64,000 nt of DNA from Mobula hypostoma (taxonomy: Eukaryota): the NCBI RefSeq assembly GCF_963921235.1, contig NC_086100.1, positions 204,540,001-204,604,000 on the forward strand, written 5' to 3'. This document shows positions 49,600 to 63,144 of this stretch, piece after piece. The notes beneath the pieces were generated by a model. It was not told the origin of the DNA and searched no databases. It worked only from the letters and a program-made list of their open reading frames with translations. Positions within the stretch are counted from its first letter, which is position 1. Each line of letters opens with the position of its first letter. A program made the translations under genes and the position numbers.

Positions 49600-51220
49600 C
49601 AGACAGAGTCAGAGAATGGTGCGATGAATGTTCTGAGCTCTGTATATCACAATGCAAGAAGCATTGTAGGAAAGCCAGATGAGCTCAGGACAGGGAATTA
49701 TGATATTGTAGCCATTATTGGGACTTGGTTGCACCCAACAGTCTGAGGGATTTAGAGGAACAAATTTGTAGAGAGATCGCAGACCATGCCAAGAAACAAA
49801 GGTTGATTCAGTAAGTGATTTTAACTTTACGTATATTGACTGGGACTCCCATACTGTAAAAGGACTAGAGGGGTAGAGTTTGTCAAATGTGCCCTTAATC
49901 AGTACGTAGAATTCCTGACGTAGAAGTGTGCAGTAAGCTGTTAGGAAATGATCCAGGGCTGAAGTGACAGAAATTAGTCATCATAATGCCATGAAATTCA
50001 AAGTAAACATGGAAAAAGAGATGTCTGGACCACGGGTTGAGATTCTAAATTGGAGAAAGGTCAATTTTGATGGTATGAGAAAGGATCTGACAAGTGTGGT
50101 TTGGGACAGGCTGTTTTCTGGCAAAGCAGTACTTGGTAAGTGGGAGGACTTCAGAAGTGAAATTTTGACGGTGTAGAGTTTATACGTGCCTGCCACAATA
50201 AAGGTTGAAAGGTAACTGGTGCAGGGTACCTTGGTTTTCAGGAGATATTGAGACCCCGGATATTTTGTTCCTCTAAATGCCTCAGACTGTTGGGTGCTGC
50301 CAAGACTCATTAATGACTGCAGTATCATAACTTCACACCCTGAGCTCATCGGATTTTTTTTCTGTTGATTTCTAAAGGCTTCCCAATACTTTTTGCTCAT
50401 TTGTTTGTCCTCTCTTTGGCTTTTATGTTGGCTTGGGCTTCTCATTTCAGCCCCATTTGTGTCCTCCTGCCTTTCGAATGCTTCTACTTCTTTGGGATGT
50501 ATCTATCACTCAGCTTCTAAATTGCTCCCAGAAACTCCATCCATTGCTGCTCCATTTTCACTCCTACCAGTTTTCCCTTCCAAACAAGTTTGGCCAGCTT
50601 CTCTGTCATAGAAACATGGAGAAGTTCAGTACAGAAACAGGCTATTTGGCCCATCTAGTCAATGGTGAAAAAACATTTAAGCTGTCTAATGCAACTACCT
50701 GCACCGGGACCATCGCCCTCCATACCCCTACCATCCAGGCTCCCATCCAAACTTCTTTTAAATAGTGAAACCCAGCTCATATTCAACACTTTTGCTGGCA
50801 TCTCATTCCACACTTTCAGAACAATTTCAGTAAAGAGCTTTTCCAAATGTTCCCATTAAATTTTCACCTTCCCCACTTAGCCATGACCTCTGATAGTCAT
50901 CCCACCCAACCTCAGTGGAAAAAGCTGCTTGCGTTTACCCTATCTATACCCTCATAATTTTGATAACTTCTAACAAATCCTCAAAGCAATGTATAATTTC
51001 CTTGCTTGTGTTTAGAGCCTTTTTTAGATGTATAAGATGATGAGGGCATTGATTGTGTAGAAAGCCAGAGGATTTTTTCCCAGGACTGAAATGGCTAACA
51101 CGAGGGAACATTGTTTTAAGGTGCTTGAAGATAGGTGCTTGGAGATAGGTGCTTGCGAGGGGATGTCAGGGGTAAGTTTTTTACACAGAGAGTGGTGGGT
51201 GCGTGGAATGCACTGCCGGC
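49600..51220. mobile_element. Cluster of old CR1 relics in both orientations
   Basis: YHNARSIVGK, NWRKVNFDGMRKDL, VWNEMP and tttttacacagagagtggtgggtgcgtggaatgc. Confidence 0.7.
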
Positions 51221-51964
51221 TATTTGCGTGAGAGTGTTTCAGTTACTGTGGGGCCAGAAACCCATGCAGCTCATTGGGAACAGGGAATAATACCAATGGA
51301 GAGAGTCAAACTGAGCCAGGTCACAGATTGGAGAAGGCAGAAATGCCCCATTCTTCTAGAGACAGGAAGAGCATCAGAGAATTTGATGGTCATTCCAGAT
51401 ACCAGCACTTTGCCCATTTAGAAGATGATTTCTCTCCGCAACTTGGCTTGAACTTTACTGTAACAGTGTGATGCCAGATCACACCTTAACAACTCAAGTG
51501 ATCTCATCTGAAATGTTGTCCTACACCCATTGATAGATTTTGTAAATCTTTTTACAGGTTAAAAATGACAAGGAATTTGTCTACGGGAATCTCGAACACG
51601 ACACACCAGTTTTGTTGTCTCTGTCCAGATATTTAAGAAGTGGAGCAAGCGAATCGCTGGATCATCCTTCCTGCTCAGACTGTGGGGAAGGATTCACTCG
51701 ATCATCTGACCGACTGGTACGCCCGTCATTTTACACAGGGGGGAACCCAATCATCTGCTCAGACAGTGGGAATGGATTCATCTGTCATCTCAGCTGAAGG
51801 TATGTCAGCAAGTTCACACTGGGACAAGGCCATTCATCTGTTCTATGGGTGAGAAGGGAATCAGTCGGTCATCCCACCTGTGGACTCACCAGTCAGTTCA
51901 CATTGGGCAGAGGCTGGTCATCTGCTGAATTTGTGGGGAAGAATTCACTCGGTCATCTCACCAA

Positions 51965-53254
51965 ATGGCTCACCGGCGAGTTCACACCGGGGAGCGGCCG
52001 TTCACCTGCTCGGACTGTGGGAAGGGATTCACTAAATCATCTCACCTACTGAGACACCAGTCAGTTCACACTGGGGAGAGGCCATTCACCTGCTTGGACT
52101 GTGGGAAGGGATTCACTTGCTCATCTGAACTGAAGGTACATCAGCGAGTTCACACTGGAGAGAGGCCATTCACCTGCTCAGACTGTGGGAAGGGTTTCAC
52201 TCAGTCATGTCAACTGAAGGTACATCAAAGAGTTCACACTGGGGAGAGGCCATTCACCTGCTCAGACTGTGGGAGGGAATTCACTAAGTTATTTCACCTA
52301 CAGAGACACCGGTTAGTTCACACTGGAGAGAGGCCATTCACCTGCTCAGACTGTGGGAAAGGATTCACTCGGTCATCCACCCTAATGGCTCACCAGCGAG
52401 TTCACACCAGGGAGCGTCTGTTCACCTGCTCGGACTGTGGGAAGGTATTCACTTGCTCATCTAAACTGAAGCTACATCAACGAGTTCACAATGGAGAGAG
52501 GCCATTCACCTGCTCAGACTGTGGGAAGGGATTCACTCGGTCATCTAAACTGAAGGTACATCAGAGAGTTCACACCGGTGAGTGGCCGTTCACCTGCTCG
52601 GACTGTGGGAAGGGATTCACATGCTCATCTGAACTGAAGGTGCATCAGCGAGTTCACACTGGGGAGAGGCCATTCACCTGCTCGGTCTGTGGGAAGGGAT
52701 TCACTTTGTCATCTCAGCTACTGAGACACCAGTCAGTTCACACCAGGCAGTGGCCATTCACCTGCTCAGACTGTGGGAAGGGATTCACTTGCTCATCCCA
52801 AATGAAGGTACACCAGCGAGTTCACACTGGGGAGAGGCCGTTCACCTGCTCAGACTGTGGGAAGGGATTCATTTGCTTATCCCAACTGAAGGTTCATCAG
52901 CGAGTTCACACCGGGGAGAGGCCATTCACCTGCTCAGACTGTGGGAAGGGATTCACTTTGTCATCTCAACTAAATGTACATCAGCGAGTTCACACTGGGG
53001 AGAGGCCGTTCACCTGCTCAGAATGTGGGAAAGGATTCACTCAGTCATCCCACCTACAAGCACACTGGTCTGCTCACACTGGGGAGCGGCCGTTCCCCTG
53101 CTCAGACTGTTGGAAGGGATTCTCTTCGTCATCTCAACTTAAGGTACATCAGCGTGTTCACACTGGGGAGAGGCCATTCCCCTGCTCAGTGTGTGGGAAG
53201 GGATTCACTCGGTCATCACATCTACTGAGACACCAGCAAGTTCATACTGGGTAG
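51965..53254 (+). CDS. Tandem C2H2 zinc-finger protein, 15 fingers, 429 aa, no effector domain visible
   Basis: 15 x F(T/P)CxxCGKGFxxxxxLxxHxxxH with TGERP linkers; candidate terminal exon from the acceptor at 51557 to AATAAA at 54079. Confidence 0.9.
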   Translation: MAHRRVHTGERPFTCSDCGKGFTKSSHLLRHQSVHTGERPFTCLDCGKGFTCSSELKVHQRVHTGERPFTCSDCGKGFTQSCQLKVHQRVHTGERPFTCSDCGREFTKLFHLQRHRLVHTGERPFTCSDCGKGFTRSSTLMAHQRVHTRERLFTCSDCGKVFTCSSKLKLHQRVHNGERPFTCSDCGKGFTRSSKLKVHQRVHTGEWPFTCSDCGKGFTCSSELKVHQRVHTGERPFTCSVCGKGFTLSSQLLRHQSVHTRQWPFTCSDCGKGFTCSSQMKVHQRVHTGERPFTCSDCGKGFICLSQLKVHQRVHTGERPFTCSDCGKGFTLSSQLNVHQRVHTGERPFTCSECGKGFTQSSHLQAHWSAHTGERPFPCSDCWKGFSSSSQLKVHQRVHTGERPFPCSVCGKGFTRSSHLLRHQQVHTG

Positions 53255-53393
53255 AGGCTGATCACCTGCTCAGACTTAGGGAAGAGATTCTCTCAGCCAA
53301 ATCAACCAAATGTGCATCATTGAGTTCACACTGGGGAGAGGCTGTTCACCTGCTGTGAATGCAGGAAGCGATTCACTCAGTCATCTAACCTTG

Positions 53394-53837
53394 TGTAACT
53401 CTCGCAGCTTAATATAGGGGGTGATAGCCCCCCAGCCCGGCCGAACTTAAGAAATCTCATTTGGGTGGATGCTGCATGATGTGTGCCCTGTTACAAATCA
53501 GTACCCCAAAATAACAAACAGTACACAATATGGGATTAAACGATTGAGCTTTATCATTCTTACTTTGACTGTAGGGTTAGTGAAGTAAACAAAAAAAAGA
53601 AAAAGGGCCAACTCTCTCCATTCACGTCTTCTCATCTCTCCCCAGCAAAAAACCACGAAAATCTGTCTTCCAGACTGACAAGAAAGAACATTTCTGTCAC
53701 TGGATAGCCCCGCACTCCAAAACTCTGTTATCTCTAGCCGTAATCTAAACATTGCTGCTACAGGGAAACCATTACCTCAGCAGTGAAACATTACAGAGAG
53801 CCATTACATGAGCAGTGAAACCTTATAGCATGTTACA
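53394..53837 (-). mobile_element. Solo LTR in the ZNF 3' region
   Basis: TGTAAC..GTTACA termini; flanks cttg/ctta (4-bp TSD, one mismatch); interrupts a relic finger. Strand is tentative. Confidence 0.75.
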
Positions 53838-54729
53838 CTTACGACACACTACCCGTTTCACACTGGGGAGAAACTTGCAATAAGCTGCATGTTGGATATT
53901 TATCCATCACTGTGCTGAATGCAATTTCGAGAGTGACTGTCGGTGCTGAACTCTGCTATTATTGCTGCTGCTCACCACACCCAGTTCTGCACCCTGGTCA
54001 CTGGGCATGGGAGGAGATTCTTCTGCTGCACATTCATCTTTAATGTGACTGGAGCTTAATGTTCTAGATCTGAGACAAAATAAATCGGTTCAAATTTAAA
54101 CCATGTCTTTGGTACTTAGTGAATTTATAACACAGCTAGTGTACTCAGGCCTGCTGGAACCTGCCAGTGATTCAGTTCCACGAAAGTCCTTTTAAATCCT
54201 CCCCTGTTATTCATCTCTCGCTGTCCGTGTGGTGATGGGTTGCAGTCACCACTCTGTGGGTGAAGCGGTTTCCCTTGAATTTTCTGCAGACTGAAGAAGT
54301 CGAGCTGACTGCAGTTCTGTCTGAGAAGTTCTTCGCCCCTCTAATCTCTGGGCTGAGGAAGAATAACATTGGTAGTTAACCTCCTTAGTCATGACTCATT
54401 TCCACATTATGGATCATTTTCCCTACTTCTAAAGGGTTGTTGAAAACACCACTGTCCTCTAAAGGCTGAAAGCAGAATGGGAAAGCATCAGTTGAATGTT
54501 CACCGAAGCAGGGTCAGAAACCAGAGGCAGTTCTGTACAGGCCAGAGATTGGGGCTCTAGACGATGGTCGGAGTAGGAACGTATGATGAGGAGAAGGGAA
54601 TCAACAGCAAGGCATGGCAGTGAGTGACAGAGTAGTAACATTTGGAAGCTGATCTGACAGAAAATAATTCAGTTGTCTGACTGATGACACAAACAATGCA
54701 TGTGGTGAGGTGCTCCACTGGTGAGAATG

Positions 54730-55740
54730 GTTTTATCTATTGAGGGAGTTGTTCCTGCTTGTTTATCCTGTAATATTATATGTGGATGGTTGTTTTAGAT
54801 TATCCCATCTGTAATAATGTATTGATTACCAGATAAATTGTGAAATTCTGTCCCTAACTGGATCAGGCCTGAATTTATGGTGCCTTAATGAAGTTATGGT
54901 GGTAATTCAAGAGTTTGTATTTTAAAGCTATATTTTGGTGAATGATATTTGCCACTTGATTGTACCTTCATAAGTAATCAGATTGAGTTAAACTGCTGCA
55001 GGATCCTGGAATGTGTTGGATTGTGTCTGGTTTCTCCTGGCATTTTCTGCATTTACTGCCTTGTTTGTTTGTATTGTGTGTATTTTTGATTTTTTTTCTT
55101 TTTGTTAACCACCTTGTCCTGTGTTTCTGCAAGGAATCCCTCCGTTTCTGGGAAGAGGTCTCCAACTCTCAGGCAGGTGCTCGATGCTTCCTTGTCACCA
55201 TCTCATCTGCTCAGATCATTGGGATGTCTCCCATGGAGGGTCATACTCATTCCACTGGTTAATGTTTTCTTCCATAGTGATGATTCATTTTTTTCTGAGT
55301 TAGCTTCTCATTTAAGTTTTCTGGTCTGTATTTCTTATCACAATTGCATATACACACACAGAGCATTGAATCATGTTCATTTTTGATGAAAATATATACT
55401 TAGAATTCTGTTTTATTTGACTGTTGTGTGATTTTTGTTCATGTGTGTTATTCCTCTTCCTCCATCTGTCCAAGGTAGTGTAAACCTAAGTAGGTTTGAG
55501 TGTAAATAGTCTTCTCTAAAGTTGTCATTGCAGTTGTTATTTTTCTTTGTAAATTTTACTAATTGAAATAGGACCAAGATCTTTTCATTAAAAAAAGTCA
55601 GTGTCGGTATTGATGAAAGTGTTTATTGCCTTTGTTGTGTTTGTTAACTATTTAGCTCTGTTTGGCAGTTTTTTTTAAGCCTTGACTAAATTTTATCAAA
55701 GGTTTTCTGTATTTCACACTACTTTTTATTTTCTTTGTTC
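54730..55740 (-). mobile_element. RLE-type non-LTR retrotransposon relic (R4/Dong-like)
   Basis: FTLPWTDGGRG; KCRKCQEKPDTIQHIPGSC (CCHC); YNQVANIIHQNIA; degenerate N.PDI....D RLE motif. Confidence 0.65.
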
Positions 55741-55989
55741 ATTGATATTCCAAATACTTGGGTATCAAGAGTCCTGAAAAAGGATCTTGGCCCAAAATGT
55801 TGATTCCCATCCATAGATGCTGCCTGACTTGCTGAGCTCCTCCAGCACTTTGTGTGTATTTCTGTAGATTTCTTGCATCTGCAGGTCCTCTTGTTTCCCA
55901 GATACTTGTGTTTCTTGAAATAACAAGCCAGTAGTAGGGTAGTGTGGCTCTGTTGGTAAAATATTGAATAAAATCATTAGAACAAGGGG

Positions 55990-58662
55990 GCATAGCATTG
56001 GAAGGTGTAGAATCTGTGGGTAGAATTAAGGAACAGCAAATGTTTTAAAAAAATCCTGATGGGAATTGTATAGAGACCTCCAAACAGTGTAATTTGTGGA
56101 CCACATACTTGCTAATGGGAGATAGAAAATGTGCCAAAAGGGCAATGTTACAATAGTCATGGGAGGATTGTCATGCAGGTGATTAGGAAAATTAGGATGG
56201 TGTTGGTCTCAAGAAGATGAATTCCCTGAGTGCCTGCAAGATGCTTTTTTAGAGCAGCTCGTGGTTGAGCCCAGTTGGGGATCAGCTATTCTGGATTGGG
56301 TGTTGTAATGAACTGGAATTAATTAGGTCACTTAAGTTCAACAAACCCTTAGGGGCAAGTGATCTTAATATTATCAAAGTCACCTTGACATTAGAGAAGA
56401 AGCTAAAGTCAGATGTGGAATAAAGAGAATTTGAGCACGAGAGAAGAATTGGTCAAAAATGATTTGAAAATAACACAGGCAGGGATGAAAACAGCAGCGA
56501 TGGCTGGAATTTCTGGAAGCAATTCAGAAGGCACAGTGTGTGTACACACGCACACGCAAAGAGGAATTAGTATTCTAAAGGTAAGGTGACAAAACCGTGG
56601 CTGATAAGAGAAACCAAAGACAACATAAAAACCAAAGAGAGGGCATAGAGCAAAAATTACTCGCAAGTTAGAGGATTGGGAAGCTTTTAAAAACAAACAG
56701 AATACAAAATAATTAAGGAAAAGATGGAATACATAGGTGAGCTAGGCAGTGATATAGAAGAGAGTACTAAATTTTTCTTCGGGTACATATACAGTAAAAG
56801 TGGAAGTGGATATCAGACCATGATGCTGGAGAGGTAGTAATGGGGTGGGGGTGCAAGGTAATGGCAGATGAACTGATTAAGCATTGTACATTACTCTTAT
56901 CTGTCAAAGACACTGGCAGGTATATTGAAGTCCCAGATGTCAGTGGCCAAAACGTGTAAAGTTACATTACTTGGAAGGTAAGGTTCTTGGGAAACAAAGA
57001 TCTGAAGGTAAATAGGTCACCTGGACCAGATGGTGTACACCCCAGAGATCTGAAAGAGTTGGTGGAGGAGATGTGGAGGCATTAGCAATGATCTTTCGAG
57101 AATCGTGAAGGAAATTATATCCTAAGAAGTTTTCCTTCACAACTCCCCCTCTCCCAGTTTCACCTATCACCTACCACTTCCTCCACCCCTTTCACCTCCA
57201 CACTTCTTCCTCCGATGTCTCATCTTCCCCCCCCCCCCCCCCCCGTCTTGATTAAGGATCTTGGCCCGAAATGGCCACTGTTTACTGTTTCCCATATATG
57301 CTGCCTGGCCTCCAAGGTTCCTCCAGCATTTTGTGTATGTGTTGCTTGGATTTCCAGCATCCACAGATTTTCTCCTGTTTTCGATAAAAGCAAAAGCAGG
57401 GTCATGTAATATAGCAAGAAAATTGGGGGAGTTAGAGGATTAGAAAGCTTTTACATAACCAACAGGAGACAGCAAACAAAAAAAAACAGGAGACAAAAGA
57501 TGAAAAATTAAGGTAAGCGAGCCAATAATATCAAGTATCAAATTTTTTTTCAGATATATAAAGAGTAAAAGAGGCAAGAGTTGATATTGTACCACTGGAA
57601 GATGATGCTGGCGAGTTAGTAATAGAGCAAAGAAAGTGGCCGAATATAATAAGTATTTTGTGTCAATCTTCACTGTGTAAGACACTAGCAGTACAAGACC
57701 ATAAAGCATAGGAGCAGAATGAGGCTATTCAACCCCATCAAGTCTGCACTGCCGTTCTGTCGTGGCTGATCCGGGTTCTCACTCAACCCCATGCACCTGC
57801 CTCCTCGGCATATCCTGTAATGCCCTGATGGATCAGCAAGCTATTAGCTTATGCCTGAAATGTACCCACAGACTGGGCCCCCACTGCCCTCTGTGTTATA
57901 GAATTCCACAGATTCACTGCTGTCTGACTAAATGAAATCTTCCTTAACTGTTCTAAAAGGTCACTCCTCAGTTTTGAGGCTGTGCCCACTGTTATGACTA
58001 CCCCACCATAGGAAAAGTCCTCACCTCATCCACTCTCTAGACCTTTCCCCATTCGATGAGTTTCAGTGAGATTTACCCCCCTCCACCCGCATTTATTAAA
58101 CATAGATCAGTGCAGGAGTACAGGCCCAAGGCTGGCAAATGCACCTCATATCTTAACCCCTTCATTCCTGGAATCATCTTGAACATCCTCTGGACTCTCC
58201 CCAATGTCAACACACCCTTTCTGAGATATGGGTCCCAAATTCTCCAAGTACAGCCTATGTCTTACAAACAGCCAGCATTATCTCCTTGCTTATATATTCT
58301 ACTTCACTTTAAATAAATGCCAGCATTGCATTTGCCTTCACCACAGGCTCAGCCTGTAAATTAACCTAATGGGAGTCTTGATGGAGAACTCATATTTCCT
58401 TCTGTACTTCTGTTTGAACCTTCTCCCTAATCTTGCCAACATTCATTATCGTACATTTCTCAATATTGTATTCCATCTGCCACATTTTTGCCCATTCTTC
58501 AAATTTGTCTGTGTCCTGCTGCAATCACATTGGTTCCTCAGCACTACCAACACCTCCAGCTATCTTTGTATCATCCACAAATCTTGCCACAAAGCCATCA
58601 ATTCCATTGTCCAAATCATTGACAAACAATGTGAAAAGTAGCGGACGAAATACTGACCCCTG
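55990..58662. mobile_element. Old CR1 relics (+ 55990-57690, - 57697-58662) with a Penelope end relic at ~57120-57380
   Basis: Degenerate endonuclease and RT motifs (QGSVFRPLLFTLFVNDLD..FVDDTKI). Confidence 0.7.
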
Positions 58663-60016
58663 AAGACAATAGGTGCAGGAGTAGGCCATATGGTCCTTCA
58701 AGCCAGCACCGCCATTCACCGTGATCATGGCTGATCATCCACAATCAGTACCCTGCTAGAGCCTTCTCCCCATATCCCTTGACTCCACTATCATTAAGAA
58801 CTATCTAACTCTTTATTGAAAGAGTCTAGAGAATTGGCCTCCACTGCCTTCTGAGGCAGAGCATTCCACAGATCCACAACCCTGTGTGAAAAAGTTTTTC
58901 CTCAACTCCATTCTAAATGGTCTACCCCTTATTCTTAAACTGTGGCCTCTGGTTCTGGACTCCCCCAACAATGGAAACATGTTTCCTGTCTCTAGCGTGT
59001 CCAATCCCTTAATAATCTTATGTTTCAATCAGATCCCCTCTCATCCTTCTAAATTCCAGTGTATACAAGCCCAGTCGCTCCAATCTTTCAACATATGACA
59101 TTCCCGCCATCCCTGGAATTAACTCAGTGAACCTACGCTGCACTCCCTCCATAGCAAGAATGTCCTTCCTCAAATTAGGAGACCAAAACTGCACACAATA
59201 CTCCAGGTGGGGTCTCACCAGGGCCTTCTACAACTGCAGAAGGACCTCTGCTCCTACACTCAACTCCACTTGTTATGAAGACCAGCATGCCATTCACTGT
59301 CTTCACTGCCTGCTGTACTTGCATGCTTGCTTTCAGCGTCTGATGAACAAGGACACCTAGATCTCGTTGTACTTCCCTTTTCCCCAATTTGACACCATTC
59401 AGATAGTAATCTGCCTTCCTATTCTTACCAAAGTGGATAACCTCACATTTATCCACATTAACCTGCACCTGCCCACTCACCCAACCTGTCAAAGTCACCC
59501 TGTATTCTCCTAACATCCTCCTCACATTTCACACTGTCACCCAGCTTTGTCTCATCTGCAAATTTGCTAATGTTACTTTTAATCCCTTCATCCAAATTAT
59601 CAATGTATATTGTAAATACCTGCTGTCCCAGCACCGAGCCTCGCCATACCACATTAGTCACCACCTGCCATTCTGAAAAGGACCTGTTAATCTCTCTTTC
59701 CTGTCTGCCAATCAATTTTCCATCCATGTCAGTACCCTACCCCCAATACCATGCACTCTCATTTTGCCCACTAACCTCCTGTGTGGGACCTTTACAAAAG
59801 CTTTCTGAAAGTCCAGGTACACCATATCCACTGGCTTTCCCATGTCCATTTTCATAGTTACATCCTCAAAAAATTCCAGAAGATTAATCAAGCATGATTT
59901 CCCCTTTGTAAATCCATGCTAACTCGGACCTATCCTGCTACTGCTATCCAAATATGCCGCTATTTCATCTTTTATAATTGATTCAGCATCTTCCCCAACA
60001 CTGATGTCAGACTGAT
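58663..60016 (-). mobile_element. CR1 LINE fragment
   Basis: [19 protein letters not shown], 3'UTR at 58663. Confidence 0.88.
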
Positions 60017-63000
60017 GGAACATAGAACAGTACAGCACATTACAGGCCCTTCGGCCCGCACTGTTGTGCCGACCCTCAAACACTGCCTCCCATATAACCC
60101 CCCCCCACCTTAAATTCCTCCATGTACCTGACTCGTAGTTTCTTAAACTCCATGAGTGTATCTGCCTCCACCACTGACACAGGCAGTGCATTCCACGCAC
60201 CAAGTACTGAGTATAAAACCTTCCTCTAATATTCCCCTTGAACTGCCCACCCCTTACCTTACAGCCATGTCCTCTTGTATTGAGCAGTGGTGCCCTGGAA
60301 GAGGCGCTGGATATCAACTATCTATTCTTATTATCTTGTACACCTCTATCATGTCTCCTCTTATCCTCCTTCTCTCCAAAGACTAAAGCCCTAGCTCCCT
60401 AAATCTCTGATCATAATGCATACTTTCTAAACCAGGCAGCATCCTGGTAAATCTCCTCTGTACCCTTTCCAATGCTTCCACATCCTTCCTATAGTGAGGC
60501 GACCAGAACTGGACACAGTACTCCAAGTGTGGCCTAACCAGAGTTTTATGGAGCTGAATCATTACATTGCGACTCTTAAACTCTATCACCCAGCTTATGA
60601 AAGCTAACACCCCATAAGCTTTCTTAACTACCCTATACCTGTGAGGCAACTTTCAGGGATCTGGGGACATGTACCCCTAGATCCCTCTGCTCCTCCACAC
60701 TATCAAGTATCCTGCCATTTACTTCGTACTGTGCCTTGGAGTTTGTCCTTTCAAAGTGTACCACCTCACACTTCTCCAGGTTGAACTCCATCTGCCACTT
60801 CTCAGCCCACTTCTGCATCCTATCTATGTCTCTCTGCGATCATCGACAATCCTCCACACTATCTACAACACCGCCAACCTTCGTGTCGTCTGCAAACTTG
60901 CCAACCCGCCCTTCTACCCCCCACATCCAGGTCGTTAATTAAAAAAAAATCACTAAATGTAGAGGCCCCAGAACAGATCCTAGTGGGACACCACTAGTCA
61001 CAATGCTCCAATCTGAATGTACCAATGAGAGGGTACTTGCTGATGGTGAGGACAATATGAGCGAGGTTGATGTTTTGGAGCATGTTGATATTAAGGGAGA
61101 GGAGGTGTTGGAGTTGTTAAAATACATCAAGACAGATAAGTTCCCGGGACCTGACGGAATATTCCCCAGGCTGCTACACGAGGCGAGAGAAGAGATTGCT
61201 GAGCCTCTGGCTAGGATCTTTATGTCCTCGTTGTCCACGGGAATGGTACCGGAGGACTGGAGGGAGGCGACTGTTGTCCCCTTGTTCAAACAAGGTAGTA
61301 GGGATAGTCCAGGTAATTATAGACCAGTGAGCCTTACGTCTGTGGTGGGAAAGCTGTTGGAAAAGATTCTTAGAGATAGGATCTATAGACATTCAGAGAA
61401 TCATGGTCTGATCAGGGACAGTCAGCATGGCTTTGTGAAGGGTAGATCTTGTCTAACAAGCCTGATAGAGTTCTTTGAGGAGGTGACCAGGCATATAGAT
61501 GAGGGTAGTGTAGTGGATGTGATCTATATGGATTTTAGTAAGCCATTTGACAAGGTTCCACACGGTGGGCTTATTCAGAAAGTTAGAAGGCATGGGATGC
61601 AGGGAAGTTTGGCCAAGTGGATTCAGAATTGGCTTGCCTGCAGAAGGGTGGTGGTGGAGGGAGTACATTCAGATTGGAGGATTGTGACTAGTGGTGTCCC
61701 ACAAGGATCTGTTCTGGGACCTCTACTTTTCATGATTTTTATTAACGACCTGGATGTGGGGGTAGAAGGGTGGGTTGACAAGTTTGCAGATGGCACAAAC
61801 GTTGGTGGTGTTGTAGATAGTGTAGAGGATTGTCAAAGATTGCAGAGAGACATCGATAGGATGCAGAAGTGGGTTGAGAAGTGGCAGATGGAGAAGTGTG
61901 AGGTGGTACACTTTGGAAGGACAAACTCCAAGGCAGAGTACAAAATAAATGGCATTATACTTGGTAGTGTGGAGGAGCAGAGGGATCTCGGGGTACATGT
62001 CCACAGATCCCTGAAAGTTGCCTCACAGGTGGATAGGCTAGTTAAGAAAGCTTGTGGGGTGTTAGTTTTCATAAGTCGAGGGATAGAGTTTAAGAGTCTC
62101 GATGTAATGATGCAGCTCTATAAAACTCTGGTTAGGCCACACTTGGAGTACTGTGTCCAGTTCTGGTCACCTCACTATAGGAAGGATGTGGAAGCATTGG
62201 AAAGGGTACAGAGGAGATTTACCAGGATTCTGCCTGGTTTAGAAAGTATGCATTATGATCAGAGATTAAGGGAGCTAGGGCTTTACTCTTTGGAGAGAAG
62301 CTGGATGAGAGGAGACATGATAGAGGTGTACAAGATAATAAGAGGAATAGATAGTGGATAGCCAGCGCCTCTTCCCCAGGGCACCACTGCTCAAGACATG
62401 GCTTTAAGGTAAAGTGTGGGAAATTCAAGGGAAGGTTTTTACTCAGAAAGTGCTTGGTGCGTGGAATGCACTGCCTGGGTCAGTGGTGGAGGCAGATACA
62501 CTAGTGAAGTTTAAGAGACTACTAGCCAGGTATATGGAGGAATTTAAGGTGGGGGCTTATATGGGAGGCAGGGTTTGAGGGTCGGCACAACATTGTGGGC
62601 CGAAGGGCCTGTACTGTACTGTACTATTCTATGTACTATGTACTCCCTCCACCACTACCTTCTGCAGGCAAGCCAATTCTGAATCCACTTGGCTAAACTT
62701 CCCTGGATCCCATGCCTTCTTACTTTCTAAATAAGTCTACCATACGGAACCTTGTCAAATGCCTTACTAAAATCTATATAGATCACATCCACTGCACTAC
62801 CCTCATCTATATGCCTGGTCACCTCCTCAAAGAACTCTATCAGGCTTGTTAGACACGATCTGCCCTTCACAAAGCCATGCTGACTGTCCCTGATCAGACC
62901 ATGATTCTCTAAATGTCTATAGATCCTATCTAAGAATCTTTTCCAACAGCTTTCCCACCACAGACGTAATGCTCACTGGTCTATAATTACCCGGACTATC

Positions 63001-63141
63001 GCTACTACGTTTTTTTTGAACAAGCGAGATTATTCGCCTACCTCCAGTCCTCCGGCACCATTCCCGTGGACAACGAGGGCATAAAGATCCTAGCCAGAGG
63101 CTCTGCAATCTCTTCGTGAAGCAGCCTGGGGAATATTCCAT
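60017..63141 (-). mobile_element. CR1 LINE split by a same-subfamily + strand CR1
   Basis: Minus-strand RT at 60017-61020 continues at 62638-63141 (ctgaatgtac|tccctccacc). Confidence 0.9.
61021..62637 (+). mobile_element. CR1 LINE, 5'-truncated
   Basis: 452-aa RT ORF 61003-62361; tail at 62620-62637. Confidence 0.93.
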
Positions 63142-63144
63142 CTC

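Noticed and set aside
51120..51156. 14-bp tandem repeat ggtgcttg(a/g)agata
   Set aside because: Local slippage in an old CR1 relic
52750..53228. Alternative-frame ORFs within the ZNF
   Set aside because: By-products of the repetitive finger codons
51965..53254. 84-bp periodic array resembling CRISPR or satellite DNA
   Set aside because: The period equals the 28-codon C2H2 finger; eukaryotic context and no cas genes
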